DNA of 63,822 nucleotides from NCBI GenBank assembly GCA_045837725.1, contig JBEWZL010000182.1, forward strand, positions 1 through 63,822, in the 5' to 3' direction. Each line of letters opens with the position of its first letter. The first letter of the stretch is position 1. Both the position numbers and the translations under genes were made by a program. Positions 1 to 12,769 of this stretch are shown piece after piece. A model generated the notes under the pieces. It was not told the DNA's origin, ran no database searches, and saw nothing but the letters and a program-made list of their open reading frames with translations. This DNA is from Vermamoeba vermiformis (lineage: Eukaryota).

Positions 1-609
1 GGTGCAGCCACCTTGCCTGTGGGCCCGATGTCTGATCGAAACTTGCTGCGTCAGCCTTCTAACGATGATTTGGCACCAAAAGTCGTTCAAACTGCACGTG
101 AAAGCACCAAGTCAGACATTAAAAAAGAGGTCAAGATCGATCGCGATACACTGAGAAAAGAGAAAGAGAAGAAAAAGAAAGAAGAAGAAGCCGCTGTTGT
201 TGTGCAAACAAAAGAGTCCCCGCGACAACCAATCAAAGACAACGAGAGCGATAAGAGTGACAAATCGAACAAGAGTGACAAGAAGGCTCAATCGGACAAA
301 GACGAGGATAAGGGCAACACGACGCCAAGAGATGAAAAACCGTTGTCCAAGTCCGAGCCTACAGCTATTGCTAGTCCTTCGCTTGAGCAGCCAAAAGCCA
401 GGCGTCATCAGCACAACAAATCTGAAATGCCCTCGCGACCTAAACCCTCGGCAGGAGCGGCCAAGCGCAGACGCGAGTTCGATACCGCGACTGCTTTGAC
501 CTTATTTGGTGATATGGAGAAGGTCTTGGAGGCACCGCCTAGCGAAAATGCCGAAGTGAACGATCTGAAGGCACTTTTGGGTGATGTTGACATTAAGTTC
601 AATTTGTAA
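1..609 (+). CDS. 3' end (last exon) of a gene entering from the left; low-complexity K/E/S/D-rich protein, function unknown
   Basis: Frame 1 is open from base 1 to TAA at 607-609, followed by AT-rich 3' sequence. No recognisable domain in the visible part. Confidence 0.75.
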   Translation, partial: GAATLPVGPMSDRNLLRQPSNDDLAPKVVQTARESTKSDIKKEVKIDRDTLRKEKEKKKKEEEAAVVVQTKESPRQPIKDNESDKSDKSNKSDKKAQSDKDEDKGNTTPRDEKPLSKSEPTAIASPSLEQPKARRHQHNKSEMPSRPKPSAGAAKRRREFDTATALTLFGDMEKVLEAPPSENAEVNDLKALLGDVDIKFNL

Positions 610-1155
610 ATTACTAGCAATTTATAATATCCTGCACGGTGGATACACTCGACATATTTAATTATATTTAAGGCCGAAAGGTCACTTTTGTAAACAAAAT
701 AAAAATTCAAATTAACATTGCTTCCTCTATCCAAGCTGAGCACGACATGTAACATTATATAACCAACACCACAACTTGCCATAACCTTATATAATACTTC
801 AAGGGGAAGAAGCACGGAGTACTGGAAGTTTATCTTGCGAGCAATTTCTTTTTCGCGGATGTGGTAATAATTAATTCAAAAATTACATTCTGTTGCTATA
901 ATTTAGGCAAATATTCCTGCAATTTTAATCGCCGACGTCACAAGATCTCAAAATTTGAAAATTGTTTTGCTCCTTCCTTGTAGGCTCTCAGCTCAATCCT
1001 TTGCAATCTAATACAGAATTCTGCTTGAGACGTAAGCAGAAATTGTGTCATTACTGTTTTTATCCTGATGTCACCAAATATCCGACGTCAGCACCAAGTC
1101 CTCAAAGAAAAATCAGAACTAGTAGCATTATCACTCAAAATTGAAGTGCAGTAAT

Positions 1156-2496
1156 ATGGGTCTTACAGCAAAAGAGTTGTTGGGTGGCGTAGTCGTCTTC
1201 GGCTTGGTAAGAGCGGAGCAAGAAATTTTCCACATCTGACTTACTAACTTTTGACGCAAGGTTCTAATTGCCTACCAGATCATTACGCTATCTTTATTGC
1301 TTGAACGAAATGGTGCTTCTATCGGCTGGTGCAATTCCTTAAATACATCAGGTGAGGTGTATTGGTGGGTCACTGGATGGACCGGGCTAGTGCTACTCTT
1401 CTCGTTCATATTTGGTAGCTCGGCTATTATTTCTGTAATCAAAGCATCAAATGAAGTGCATACAAGTTCATACCGCAAGGTAAAACACAGGACTATCGGT
1501 CACATCCGTAGCTAATTTTTTTTTCAGAGTAAGCTATTTTCCGTATTAGCAATTGTAACCTACATTTGGGCGTTATACGGTTTGTATTATGATGTCGGTA
1601 TGGCGCGAGTAAGTGGTTGACAACGATAGATCTGTGCTCGGAAATTTAATTATAATTTTTAGGGTCAAGCCAGAGCGTTAATGTGGCAAAAGTAAGTCTT
1701 CTATAGATCATATTTCGTTATTAAATGGTTCAAACAGTCACACGGGTTATTGTGCATTCTCGATTCCTTCCGCTGTTTACGCGACCTTCGTCGGATGTGT
1801 CTTGTCTTTGCCACTTCAAGTACGTTATTTTATATAGCAATTTCAATATGAAAGTTCTAACAATCTGTTCATTAGGTCTTGTTATACAACCTTTCAAAAA
1901 CGATGATTCGTTCTTTGGATCCTGAAGCACCTGAAACTTCCTTATTAGGCAAGTCCGTAGGTGCTTTGAAATGCTAAATATCTAACTCTCACGTAGACTC
2001 CACATTATCAATGGGACGAAGAACATTTTCATGCGTTAGAAAGCTTCGTCGACGACTTCCCAACGCTGTTTTCTGGGCCAAAAGATACGCGAAGAGCTCG
2101 ATCCGGGTCAAGCGCCAACACGACGATATTTTCCGCGAAGTTGATTTCTCGACGCTCTTATTGAAGTCTTATACCCTTCAAGAGCTAAAGGAAGCTATTG
2201 GCGCTCGCTTCGATATGCCCGCTAACGACATCCGCGTTCTTTTGAAGAACGGCAACATAGTGGTTGAAAATGATGACGATGTGGCTCGATTAACTAGAGA
2301 AGACTATATTGACGTCGTATTTGGAAATGCAATGCCTTTCGAACCTGTGCCGGATCTCGTTCCAGTCTACGTCACCTTTCAACGCTTCTTTATCACAAAT
2401 AGTTTGAAGTTCTGGACAAGTGTAATTGATTGCAATAAAATTAATTGCAATTTTGGGAGTTCCGAAATGCGGATCCACGGAGGGCAGAGCCGGTAA
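1156..2496 (+). CDS. Multi-exon, multi-pass membrane protein with a C-terminal ubiquitin-like fold (ANKRD40/CP2 C-terminal-like)
   Basis: ATG at 1156. GT-AG introns (e.g. 1207-1260, 1480-1527) join about four hydrophobic segments. The last exon reads IRVKRQHDDIFREVDF...TLQELKEAI...VVENDDDVARL...IDVVF, which resembles the ANKRD40-type C-terminal domain. The exact 3' end is uncertain. Confidence 0.6.
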
Positions 2497-2943
2497 CATG
2501 CGCTAATAATGATGCGCCCACCCAAAGCCCCCAAGCGAAAAGGAAAGGCGAGCAGAACCCAAATGCTTTGATTTTTATGGTGCATGCGTTCAATTGGTTA
2601 AAGAGAAAGGAGCGTTTTTCGGGTATTTTGCGCGTAGTGGAAGGAATTAAATTCGCCTCCCTAAGCGAGTTACCGATGCGGAAATTTTGGAGGCCAGAGG
2701 AAGGTATGTGTGGGCGCTGTTGCTGGATGGCCTGGAAAACGCGAAAGGAGGAAGGGGGCACAAAGAACAATAATACTGATTATTTCGTTCGGAAGCCGTT
2801 CAAACAAAGCATTCATTTGTGTTGTTGATCGGAAAACTGTTACATAATTCGAAAAAACAAGCGCCAGAGAATCTTTGGTTGATGACAGTAAGGTCAACAG
2901 AATTAAAACGACTTATAAAGACATTATTTATTGCATTAATTAC

Positions 2944-4353
2944 CTTCGTCTCGCTTACACCTGTCTTTTGAATGTGAAAGTATCGCGCATCAAATTTAAT
3001 TTATGAGATCTCCTTACGAAGAGCGTTCGTTCCATGCTCTGCAGCAAAGGTTATTATTAATATCATTGTACTTATAATAGCAATAAAAATTGAAATCGAA
3101 ACTGAGATATTCTACGTGCCAGCAAGTCTTACCTCAAAATCTCTTCTGCAAGACTCTTGGCATATTTGCGATCATTTTCTTCAGGACATTGTTGTAGACG
3201 CGTTAAAATATCACTAACACGTGTTGGTATATTCAGAGCAAGCCATAGTCGGCGAACACGTGGATCTGAAAAAAGGACCGTTATTCAATATGACTTCAAT
3301 TGACGCTGTAGCACTTGTTTACCTTTGTACGGCATATGAACGAATGATTCGAGTATGCCTTCCAAATAAGGCGAGTTTTCGCGCAAGTGATCGAGCAACA
3401 AACTGATGGATCCCATGGCGACTGATGTAAACGGAAAATTCAACGGTTTGCTGTACAGATACTCGCCTAAATCTAGTATAATATAATTAATATAATATGG
3501 CTTCTATATATTTTTCAAGAATAGTAGCTTACTCTTGTATTGTAAGTGTTCGGCAAGCTCCGGATGTGCCTTCAAATTTTTCGACAGGACTGTCACGAGT
3601 ACATCAATCATTCTGTATGAATCCCTATTTTCACCTGCGATTATATATTAGAATCGATTTTCTATCAATACATCTCGAAGAATAGTATCGATTTTGTTGG
3701 ATGTAGTCATTGACGTACTTCGTAAAAGACTGTAATGGATGTTATTGATCGCGTTTTTGATTTCATTAATATCATTTGTTGTTAATAAGGTGTACCACGG
3801 GTTGAATTCGGGTTTGAACACGCGAGATCTTTCTTCAATTTTCAAAGTCTTTTTGAATAATGCGTGAAGTACGGGATGATCTCTTCTAACCGGGTCCATA
3901 TAATAATATACATCGTCGTAATTGTCGCTATCGCTATCTTCGTCAGTTTGGTCGATTTTGGAGCTTGATCTGGCGTCCAGTAATTTTTTTCTTGCCTTCT
4001 CGATTTCTTTCATGAACGAGAATTCTTTCATATATCGTAATTGATTCATTTCTAACCAGTTACTGCCCACGATAACAAATCAGTACCCGCCCAAATTCAC
4101 CTTGATAAAAGAAATATTTTTATAAAATTTTAAATGCAGTTCGCGTTACTTACAAATGCAAATTATAGCACTCTATTTCTTTTTCATTTAGGTGATAATT
4201 TTGTGCATATTTTTGGCGCCATTGTTCGTCAGTCAAAGATCGAAAGTCCAGCATCCGCTGACACGTTGCGCCTAGCTTCCAAAGCGATACAATATCCAAA
4301 TACGAAATGATATGGTTAATCGTTTCATTCGGGAGCAGCTCCAACCAGTCCAT
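2944..4353 (-). CDS. F-box protein (copy A), multi-exon, apparently 3'-truncated relative to copy B
   Basis: N-terminus MDWLELLPNETINHIISYLDIVSLWKLGATCQR is an F-box motif. Exons align with the neighbouring paralog (HLNEKE, NPWYTLLT, SYRMIDVLVT). The 3' boundary is poorly defined. Confidence 0.6.
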
Positions 4354-4442
4354 TTGTGTTTTGTCGTCAAAAAATTTAAATTACTGTAATTAAATAAATA
4401 CTCCGAGCTCCAATAAAAAAACTATCTATTTATAGTAATTAA

Positions 4443-7420
4443 TTATCTGCCATCCACGTTGGAACCATTATATATTCCTACTGCTATGAGTGTTATAACC
4501 CAAGCAATGAATGAAATAAAAAGCAGCATGTTATGCCACTCCGAATGCTTCAACAGCATAGTACTAATTTTACTACGTTTTGAAGCCATAATGTGCTCAA
4601 CTGCACGATCTGCTTGTGGATGTGTCCACCCATCTGACAAAAAAATAAGTAATCTGCCGAATAAGGGTTGCATATTTAATATGTTGAATATACTTGAAAT
4701 GAACTACGTACCTTTTGACTGCAGTTTAATTTGCAGTAAAAACGAGACAACAGAGGTTTCGAACTGGTTTGCACGTTTGTGGTGCTCGAGCAAAAGTTTA
4801 AAAAGCTTCTCATCTCCATCAAATTGATAATCTATACGTTTAAGAGAGTGTTAGTACAAGACAATGAATAAGACCTGAACTGACCAATTGAAACAAAACT
4901 CTCTAGCACTCTCAGTATTTCACATTTTTCTGGTAAACTGCATTCACTGTCCAATTCTAAGTAGCTTTGCAATATCTCATAGAGTTCTTGAAGGAGTTTG
5001 TGTACTGTCGAGTCATCTGTTGCTGCTCCTCCTAAACTCCATTAATTAGAGCAACAGCATTTATGAATTGCAACAGCTTACTTTTTGATTGTTTAATTGC
5101 CATTGACAACAGTGGTGCAGTTGATAGGATATTTTTACGCTGCTTCAGGTCGTCAACTAGTACCGAGGCTAGCTCCAAGAATGGCCACCCATCAATTACA
5201 AATTCCACTAACCAAGGAATTAATGCCTGTATTATTATGAGTACAATGATGAACATACATTTTAGATAAGACAACCAGAATCTGTTGCGAGCAAGTCGAT
5301 CGTTTTGTGTAATTAATGATATTAAATTGGAGTTGTCTAGCGCTACTTCCTCTTGTATTTGTTTTTGCAAAAATTCACTTGACTTGTGTTTTGAGCCTGC
5401 AAATCAATGTTATTGGTTAGTAATTTGATAGTGCACATAAGGTACATTACATTTTGACAGTGCAATTCCAATGTAGTTTGTAAGAACATTAAAGTAAAGG
5501 GACTCTTGACCTGCAATTCTGGACTGATGCTGAATAAATGCATTATGCAGGTCATGCATTTGTTTGTATTCCCACAGCAATTCTTTTCCAATGTCTGGTA
5601 ATATAATTCGTTAGAATTGGTTAAAAGTTCTATCCATAGGCCTGACCTGTTTTGAAAATATTAAGCATGAGAGTCAGACTTTCATCCCAAAGTGGCAAGT
5701 TCTCAGATGCACTGCTAATGATTATTTTGATCAGCTTCTTCTTGCGTGACACCATCTGCAGGGCCTCATCTAATGCTGATTAATTCATTTGACACATTAT
5801 GACACTTTGACACTTAACCATAGTTTGTCTCATACCTGATCGGTTTGTATAACGAATTAATGCAGGGAGTGATGCACAGTAGTCCCATTTAATGGCTATA
5901 CGAATCAGTCTTTTAATGTCATCCAAATCTCCTGTTTATATGTTGTTAGAAAAAGTATTTCTATTATTGTTGTCATACCCTTGCAATCAAAAAAGAAAAA
6001 GCTGGTCAAGCACCGAAGATTGCACTGTTGGATGTCTAAATTAACTTTCGGCAATGTGCCATCCTTGCCATCTGCCATCTCAAAAAATATCTGTTTTAAC
6101 TCCTCTTCAGGTGCTAGAACAACAATTAATTTGAGGTGCGGCACAAAAAAATCAACACTTACGTTGAGGAACTGAGAGCAAAATTAGCATGCAAAGCAGG
6201 ATACAAACGAAGATCCTATCGAAGGTGACACGTGCCTGCTCTTGTATTCCCAGCATTTCCTTGTACTCGGCCAGAAGTGTGTGCAGAATATTGTTTACAG
6301 AGTGTCTTATGTTGAGTGCTTCCCAAACTGAGTGTCTCTCTTCTACAACAGTATATTGTTAGGATCTCTAATAAAAAGAGTATTATTGTTACCATTTCTA
6401 GGTATTACTCTGAGTGCACAAAGTATATGCACTAATATTGGAGAATAGAAGTTCAAATTCTCAGCCAACAGGCTGATGGATCCAATCAAATTTGTTGGAG
6501 ACAGGTGTGACTTAGCATATATGTAATTACCAAAGTCTGTACAGAGAATAATGAATGGATTTATCCACTATAATAATAGTACTGCTAATTACCACTTGGG
6601 TATATGTACTGAAGAAGATCTGGATGTGACTTTAAATGTTTAGACAACGTTGTAACCAGCACATCGATCATTCTATACGAGTGCTTGGATTCACCTAAAT
6701 ATATATAAAGGTTAATTATAATGAGATAGGCAGATTCTACGTACCAACACTAAGCCCATAAAATATGGTATTGACGGCATAACCAACCTCTTCGTAGTTA
6801 TTTGATGTGAGTAAAGTATAAAATGGATTACAGCTAAGCTTGTATAGTTGTTTTCCATCTTTTTCATATATAGTAGACTTCATGAAAGACGTATAAGAAT
6901 CGTCGTCAAACTCCGATGACAATGCATTAAACACAAGATAACGAAGGTCTGATTCTTCTTCAACATTGTTATCACCGCTTTCTTCGTCGCCTCCATCTAG
7001 AATATTACAAGCGTCATCTGGGTTGGTAATGGTGCGAACGGATTTCAGAATCTGATCTTGCTGAAAACGGATTTTCCGTTCTCTAGCTTCTTGGATTTCT
7101 TTAATGAACGATGCTTCATTAATGAAACGATTTCGATACGTCTCTGGCCAATTCCTGAACAAAGGAGCGGTAAGAAATTAATTAAAGAATTAAAAATATT
7201 GATTGCTCTAAATAAATTGATTTTACCTATTATAGAAAGCCAGCTCTTTTTCGTTTAAATGATAATGCACCGCGTATTTTTTGCGCCATTCGTCGTTGGT
7301 CAAAGTTCTGAATCCGGTTAGGCGCTGACACGTCGAAGTGAACTCCCAAAAGGGAATAATATCTAAATATGAAGTAATTTGATGAATAACTTCATTAGGA
7401 ATGTCGTCAAACGAGGCCAT
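4443..7420 (-). CDS. F-box protein (copy B), multi-exon, long helical C-terminal region
   Basis: N-terminus MASFDDIPNEVIHQITSYLDIIPFWEFTSTCQR is an F-box motif. Successive minus-strand exon ORFs at 6737-7162, 5905-6144, 5032-5370 and 4443-4673. Tandem paralog of copy A. Confidence 0.7.
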
Positions 7421-7776
7421 TGTGTTGGGTCGCGCGTTCTATTTGTCTGACTAATTTGAATGTAACTACCAATTCTTTGCACTATTATCCTATTCTTTTA
7501 TGTTCCGCATTTCAAAATAAGAATAGCAGAATGCGTGCTTGATAAACCAATCTAACCTCTCTTTTCTTGTGCACGATCCAGAATCTGACAGATTCAGACT
7601 AGGCTCCAACCGCACGGAAAAATCTGCAAAGTAAGGTGATTAGAAATACTGGGATTAATTTAAATGTACGGCACCGTTGTTTGTATTTAATTAATCAAAT
7701 GAAATCTCCTAGATCAAAACAAAAATTTTTTCTCCAAACCACCAAAATATTTGTCTGTATTATTAATAGCACAATA

Positions 7777-10700
7777 ATGTATAAAATATTGTTATTTTTA
7801 TCGTGCTTACTGTTGTGTTTGCTAGCCTTGGCAAGCGCAGATGGAGGTCACGAGTTCTACGTCTCGCCTTCAGGTAATGATCCTCTTATTCTAACTAATA
7901 TACCCTCAATATATATGAGAAAGTACTAATACAATTGTGGTATTAGGGTCCGACGCAAATTCAGGAACTATTTCACATCCGTTTGCAACCTTAGCGCGAG
8001 CAAAAAAAGCAGTGAGAGAAGCCAAAACATCTTGGAATGGACCTATTAATGTATATTTTCGTGAAGGTACGGTCTATGCTCCGATTTAATAATATGCAAT
8101 TTCAAATTCAATTTCAAAAATTAAAGTCGCGATCGAGATTCTGATTGACTCTTTTGGTTTGTAGGAACGTACCATTTTAATGATACTGAAGTGTACGAGT
8201 TACATGATAGTGGTGCCGAACAAGGGCCAATTACATATCAAGCCTATAAAAGTGAAAGCGCGATCTTCAGCGGAGGTATTCTTGGTTTAGAAATAATAAT
8301 ATTACGCTTTCAAAAATATTTATCTTAAATATATTAGGATTTCCTATTACATGCCCTAAGAAGTGGACTGCTATGCCCGCAAAATTTTCCGCACGTCAAG
8401 GATTCAGCTCCGTAGGTCAAGTTCAGCCTGGAATATCCAATGGTCCTATTAAATATATGGGCATCGCTAAAGACTATCAGGAATGCATCAATATGTGCGC
8501 TAAAAATAGCCTTATCAAAAGTTTTACTTGGTAAGAAAAAAGATCGGATCTTAAACCCGATAACTAATCATTGAAATATTATAGGTTTAATGTTAACGTA
8601 TCGCAATTAGCTTTTATGTGCTACGGACGGACAGATTCCACTTTTCAGCAACAGCCAAGTACGCTACATTTAAATTAGATTTTATTTCCTAATTAGGCAA
8701 TCACTAAACAATTGCAAATTAACTTTAGGTATCGGCGCAGTATCCGGCCAATCAGTGCAAACCTTCAAATGTCACATGAATCAAATTCCCGATTGGGTTG
8801 TTGACCGTGGGTTCATGACCCTCTTTGTGAACCACAAGCGTTATTGGCGCGCAAGATATCCGAACGAGGACTTGGAGAATTATACAGTCTGGGGAGGTAA
8901 GTCAAAATATACTATAGATGATCGTATTATTTTTTAACTAACGAAAGCAGGTCACGGTTATATCAACGCTACGGAAGGTCTCGGTGGCAGTCATAATCCG
9001 AACCCTCTTTATCCCGCACAGCCTTCATTCGGTAAGCTATATGCTTAATGGTGTTAATGACAATACGAATAGCTTAAATATAGATGATACTAAGGTGTGT
9101 CCGTGATTCTAATGAGTTTGTAATGTAGGCATGCAGTTCGATCCCAACACGTTCTCATTGCACGCTAATTCATGGACGCGCGTGAGTGACGCAGTGATGC
9201 ACATATTTCCTTATTTGTACTGGGGCAACTTGCAATTCACGATTGACACTGTAATCACAAAGAACAGCACTGTCTTATTCAGCGGAGGTAAACACCTTCA
9301 TCAACTTGATCTAATAGACTAGTACTCATGTTATATATGTAGGTGGAGGTCAAATGAATTTGTACCGATTCAATAGCGGCACGAACATCGGATCCAAATC
9401 GAGATTTTTCGTGGAAAATGTGTTCGAGGAATTAGACGCGCCAGGCGAGTTTTACTTCAACAAAGAAACCAAAGAATTGTTCGTGTGTCCATTTATGGTA
9501 ATGTCGTATCACGTGCTTGACGAGCACTAACGATTTTCACAGAAAGATGACTTGGACTCGGCAGCACTAGTCGTGCCTGTCGTGCACAACTTGGTGCACT
9601 TCAAAGGTCATCCGAGACCGTGGAACACTCATGACCCGAAAGTGTGGGTCCAGCACGTGAATTTCAAGGGCATCACGTTCACTGAAACAGCACCGACCTA
9701 CCTTGAAGTGTACGACGTGCCGAGCAATGGCGATTGGACCATTCACCGCGGAGGGACTTTGTTCTTTGAAACTGCACGTCACATCTCTGTTAGTGAATGG
9801 TACGAAATGACTTTCCTTATTTGGTAATCGAACTTGATTTATGTTCTTGAACAGCACATTCGATCAAGTCGGAGGAAATGCAGTGTTCATCAATGGCGCT
9901 AATTTCAACATCACGTAAGTACCAAACTTAGTTATTATAGTGGCCTAATCGTAATCGATAGTGTCGATCACAATGACTTTTTATCGATTGGAGATAGCGC
10001 TGTGTGCCTCGTCGGAGATCGCATGAGATCGACGGGTAGCTCATTGATGTTCCCGCGAGAATGTCACGTGACTAAGTAAGCGCTCGCTCGTAGTAATAGC
10101 ACCGATCTAACTAACACTATTAAAGTAACCATATGAATCGCTTGGGCTATTATGGCAAACAAACAGCTGGTGTGTTCGTGTCAAATTCCGATCGCATTGT
10201 CATTCGCAACAACAAGATTCACGATATCCCACGAGGTATACTAAGCATCTATATCAAACTACCATATACTCATTATTGAATAGCCGGCATTCTGATCAAC
10301 GACGGGTTCTGTGGCGGCCACACAGTTGAACACAATTACATCTATGACTGCGTAAAGGAGACAAAGGACCACGGTCCGTTCAACAGCTGGGGCCGAGAGC
10401 GCTTCTGGTCAGAGTTGTTTAATCATCCAGAGTACGTGCCTAACGGAGGAATTCCGACGAAATCTCCAGCTGGACCAATAACCCATGACGTAATCCACAC
10501 GATCACTGTGCGAAACAACCTCTTTGTGTATTCATCGTACGAAGAGGAGGGCACGGCGTCCGACGCTATTGATATGGTAAGTAGTACTAGGCACCTAGAT
10601 GTTGACTACAATGCCTAATATGCACAAATTTAGGATGACGGAAGCTCGAATTTGAACGTGTATGACAACGTTTGCGTTGGATCCGCTGTCAAAGTTAGCT

Positions 10701-11248
10701 CGAGCGGAGACCTGCACAACATTACGAACAATATCTTCATTGATCCTGGCTACATATTCATATGGGATTCGATGATTAACAATCACGACTACTTGAAGAA
10801 AAATATCATTTATTACACGAAACCTGTCGGAGAGATGCTCATGTACGGCATTGCCTCAGCACTTCTGCCACGAGAAATCGATTACAATCTGTTCTACTCG
10901 CCGAATACGACGTCCTATACAAGTAACTGGAACGACGACACTTTGACACTCAAGCAATGGCAGCAACAAGGGTACGACCAACATTCGTTGTTCGGACAAG
11001 ATCCGCAGTTCTACGACATTGCCAGGTACAACTTCACGCTAAAACCGAATAGTCCTGCTTTCAAATTAGGCATTCGCAACTTCAAGTATGGAAACACTGG
11101 TCCCGTTGGTAGATCTACATCGTACTCCGGATCTGCATTCGAGCCATTCTTTTTTGCGCACAAACCTCGTCACGTTAGTCACTGGAACAAGGTCAAAGGC
11201 AATAAGAAAGTAATAACAGATAATAGAAGAGTTGTACTTGCGGACTAA
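7777..11248 (+). CDS. Secreted right-handed parallel beta-helix protein, GH141-like, with an inserted PAN/apple-like module
   Basis: Signal peptide MYKILLFLSCLLLCLLALASA. Motifs FYVSPSGSDANSGTISHPFATL, VYFREGTY, FFVENVFEELDAPGEFYF, ETKDHGPFNSWGRER and IDMDDGSSN. About 14 GT-AG introns. Confidence 0.8.
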
Positions 11249-12135
11249 TTGATTGTAGTGTGGTAACATGGCCAATGTTACATTTAATAAAAATCAATGT
11301 ATTGCAGTTCCTGCGGCCCGAGGCACCGACTTGGAGTGCCAGCGTAATGCTTCTCGCGAATTAATTCTCAAAAGAGCTAATTTTACCCGCGACAAAGAGA
11401 TCATAATCGCCATCAACGCGTCTCAATTCCTGAATGCTTAGTGGGAGTCTACATACTATTCAACCGCGTTATATACTACAGAATATTATTATACGCATTT
11501 TGAAGCTTGCTTGAGCGTACAACCCCTCATCGGCCGATGAGATCATTTGCGGATCTCATTGTATCAGCGTTACCCACGATTGTTAGGAATAAATTTGCTA
11601 TCCTATAGTATGGTCACTGCGTGTTGCTTCTCATGAGAAAAAGGTAATTGCATTACCTGAACAAATGGCTCATCCGGGTGAAAACGAGAGATTTCCGCCT
11701 TCCGTTCTTACAACGAAGTTCCGTTCGTAAGCGATACAACTGCAAAACACTCCGATTTGATGGATAAGTGGCGTGTAATTTTAAAATTATTTGTTTAACA
11801 TAACAAAGCCTAAATGGGCAATTTCTTATTAGTGCGTAAATAAAGCTCGATCTTGCAAATTAGTCGCAAACAGGAAGGCAAAATTTTAATATATAATATG
11901 CATAATATATTAAAAAATACCACACCGAGTTGAAAGGGAACTGGGAAATAACCTGGAATTAGGTACCGCCATACTTTGCACTGGACCTGCCGTCTATGTA
12001 TGTTACAATTGGCCTTGATTATGCATTACTAATTAGTTTGGTTTACAACCAAAAAAATGAAAGAAAATAGCGTCTATAATTGAAATAATTTTTATACAAG
12101 TATGGACATAATTACAAAATATATACACCTACTTC

Positions 12136-12769
12136 CTAGAAGTCGCGGGTAATAACAACTTCAGGCAGTCTTTGTTTTTTTTTACCACTACCACTACGTT
12201 TCTCCAGCAAGTGAGTTATTTTATCGAGCTTACGCTCGAGCTGGTTGAACCGACGATCGGTCTCGTTGAACCGATGGTCCATACGGCTAGAAAGGTCATC
12301 CACACGGCGATTAGTTTCATCCAGTCGGCGATTCGTTTCGTCTAGCCGTGTGTTTACTTGCCGGCTAGTATCTTCGACCTTCTGTTCCAACAGTTTGATC
12401 CTCTGTTCTTGCACTTTAGGCCAGCTAAACAAATACATTAAATGTGGTATTCAACGCGACGACGCTTTACTGAATGGTCTACGAGGAATTGGTCGAGAGA
12501 CAAAAAAGTTCGTGAAATCACGCACGCGAGGTGTGAACTCACCACGTGGAATCAAATCAAAAACAGAAACAAAGAACAAAGTCTATAAATACTTACTCGA
12601 GTAACTGCGCCCACTTGACCGCGGCTGTCGTCTTCACCGCCCAAGCCGCACCCACGATCGCCACGGTCCACAGCACAGACTCGGGGTTAGGTAGCGGATT
12701 GCCCCCTCGCTGCTTGCCGCCGGCCCACTGGTTGAAGCTTCGTAGCACACGGTACATATGGGTCGCCAT
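12136..12769 (-). CDS. Small two-exon protein with an N-terminal hydrophobic anchor and a repetitive coiled coil
   Basis: ATG at 12769 (MATHMYRVLRSF...VLWTVAIVGAAWAV). A GTAAGT...TAG intron at ~12596-12426 joins in frame to DWPKVQEQRIKLLE...LDETNRRLDETNRRVDDL. Confidence 0.7.

Noticed and set aside
2670-2816. Minus-strand MNALFERLPNEIISIIVL, an F-box-like start
   Set aside because: No convincing continuation. At most a relic of a third tandem F-box copy.
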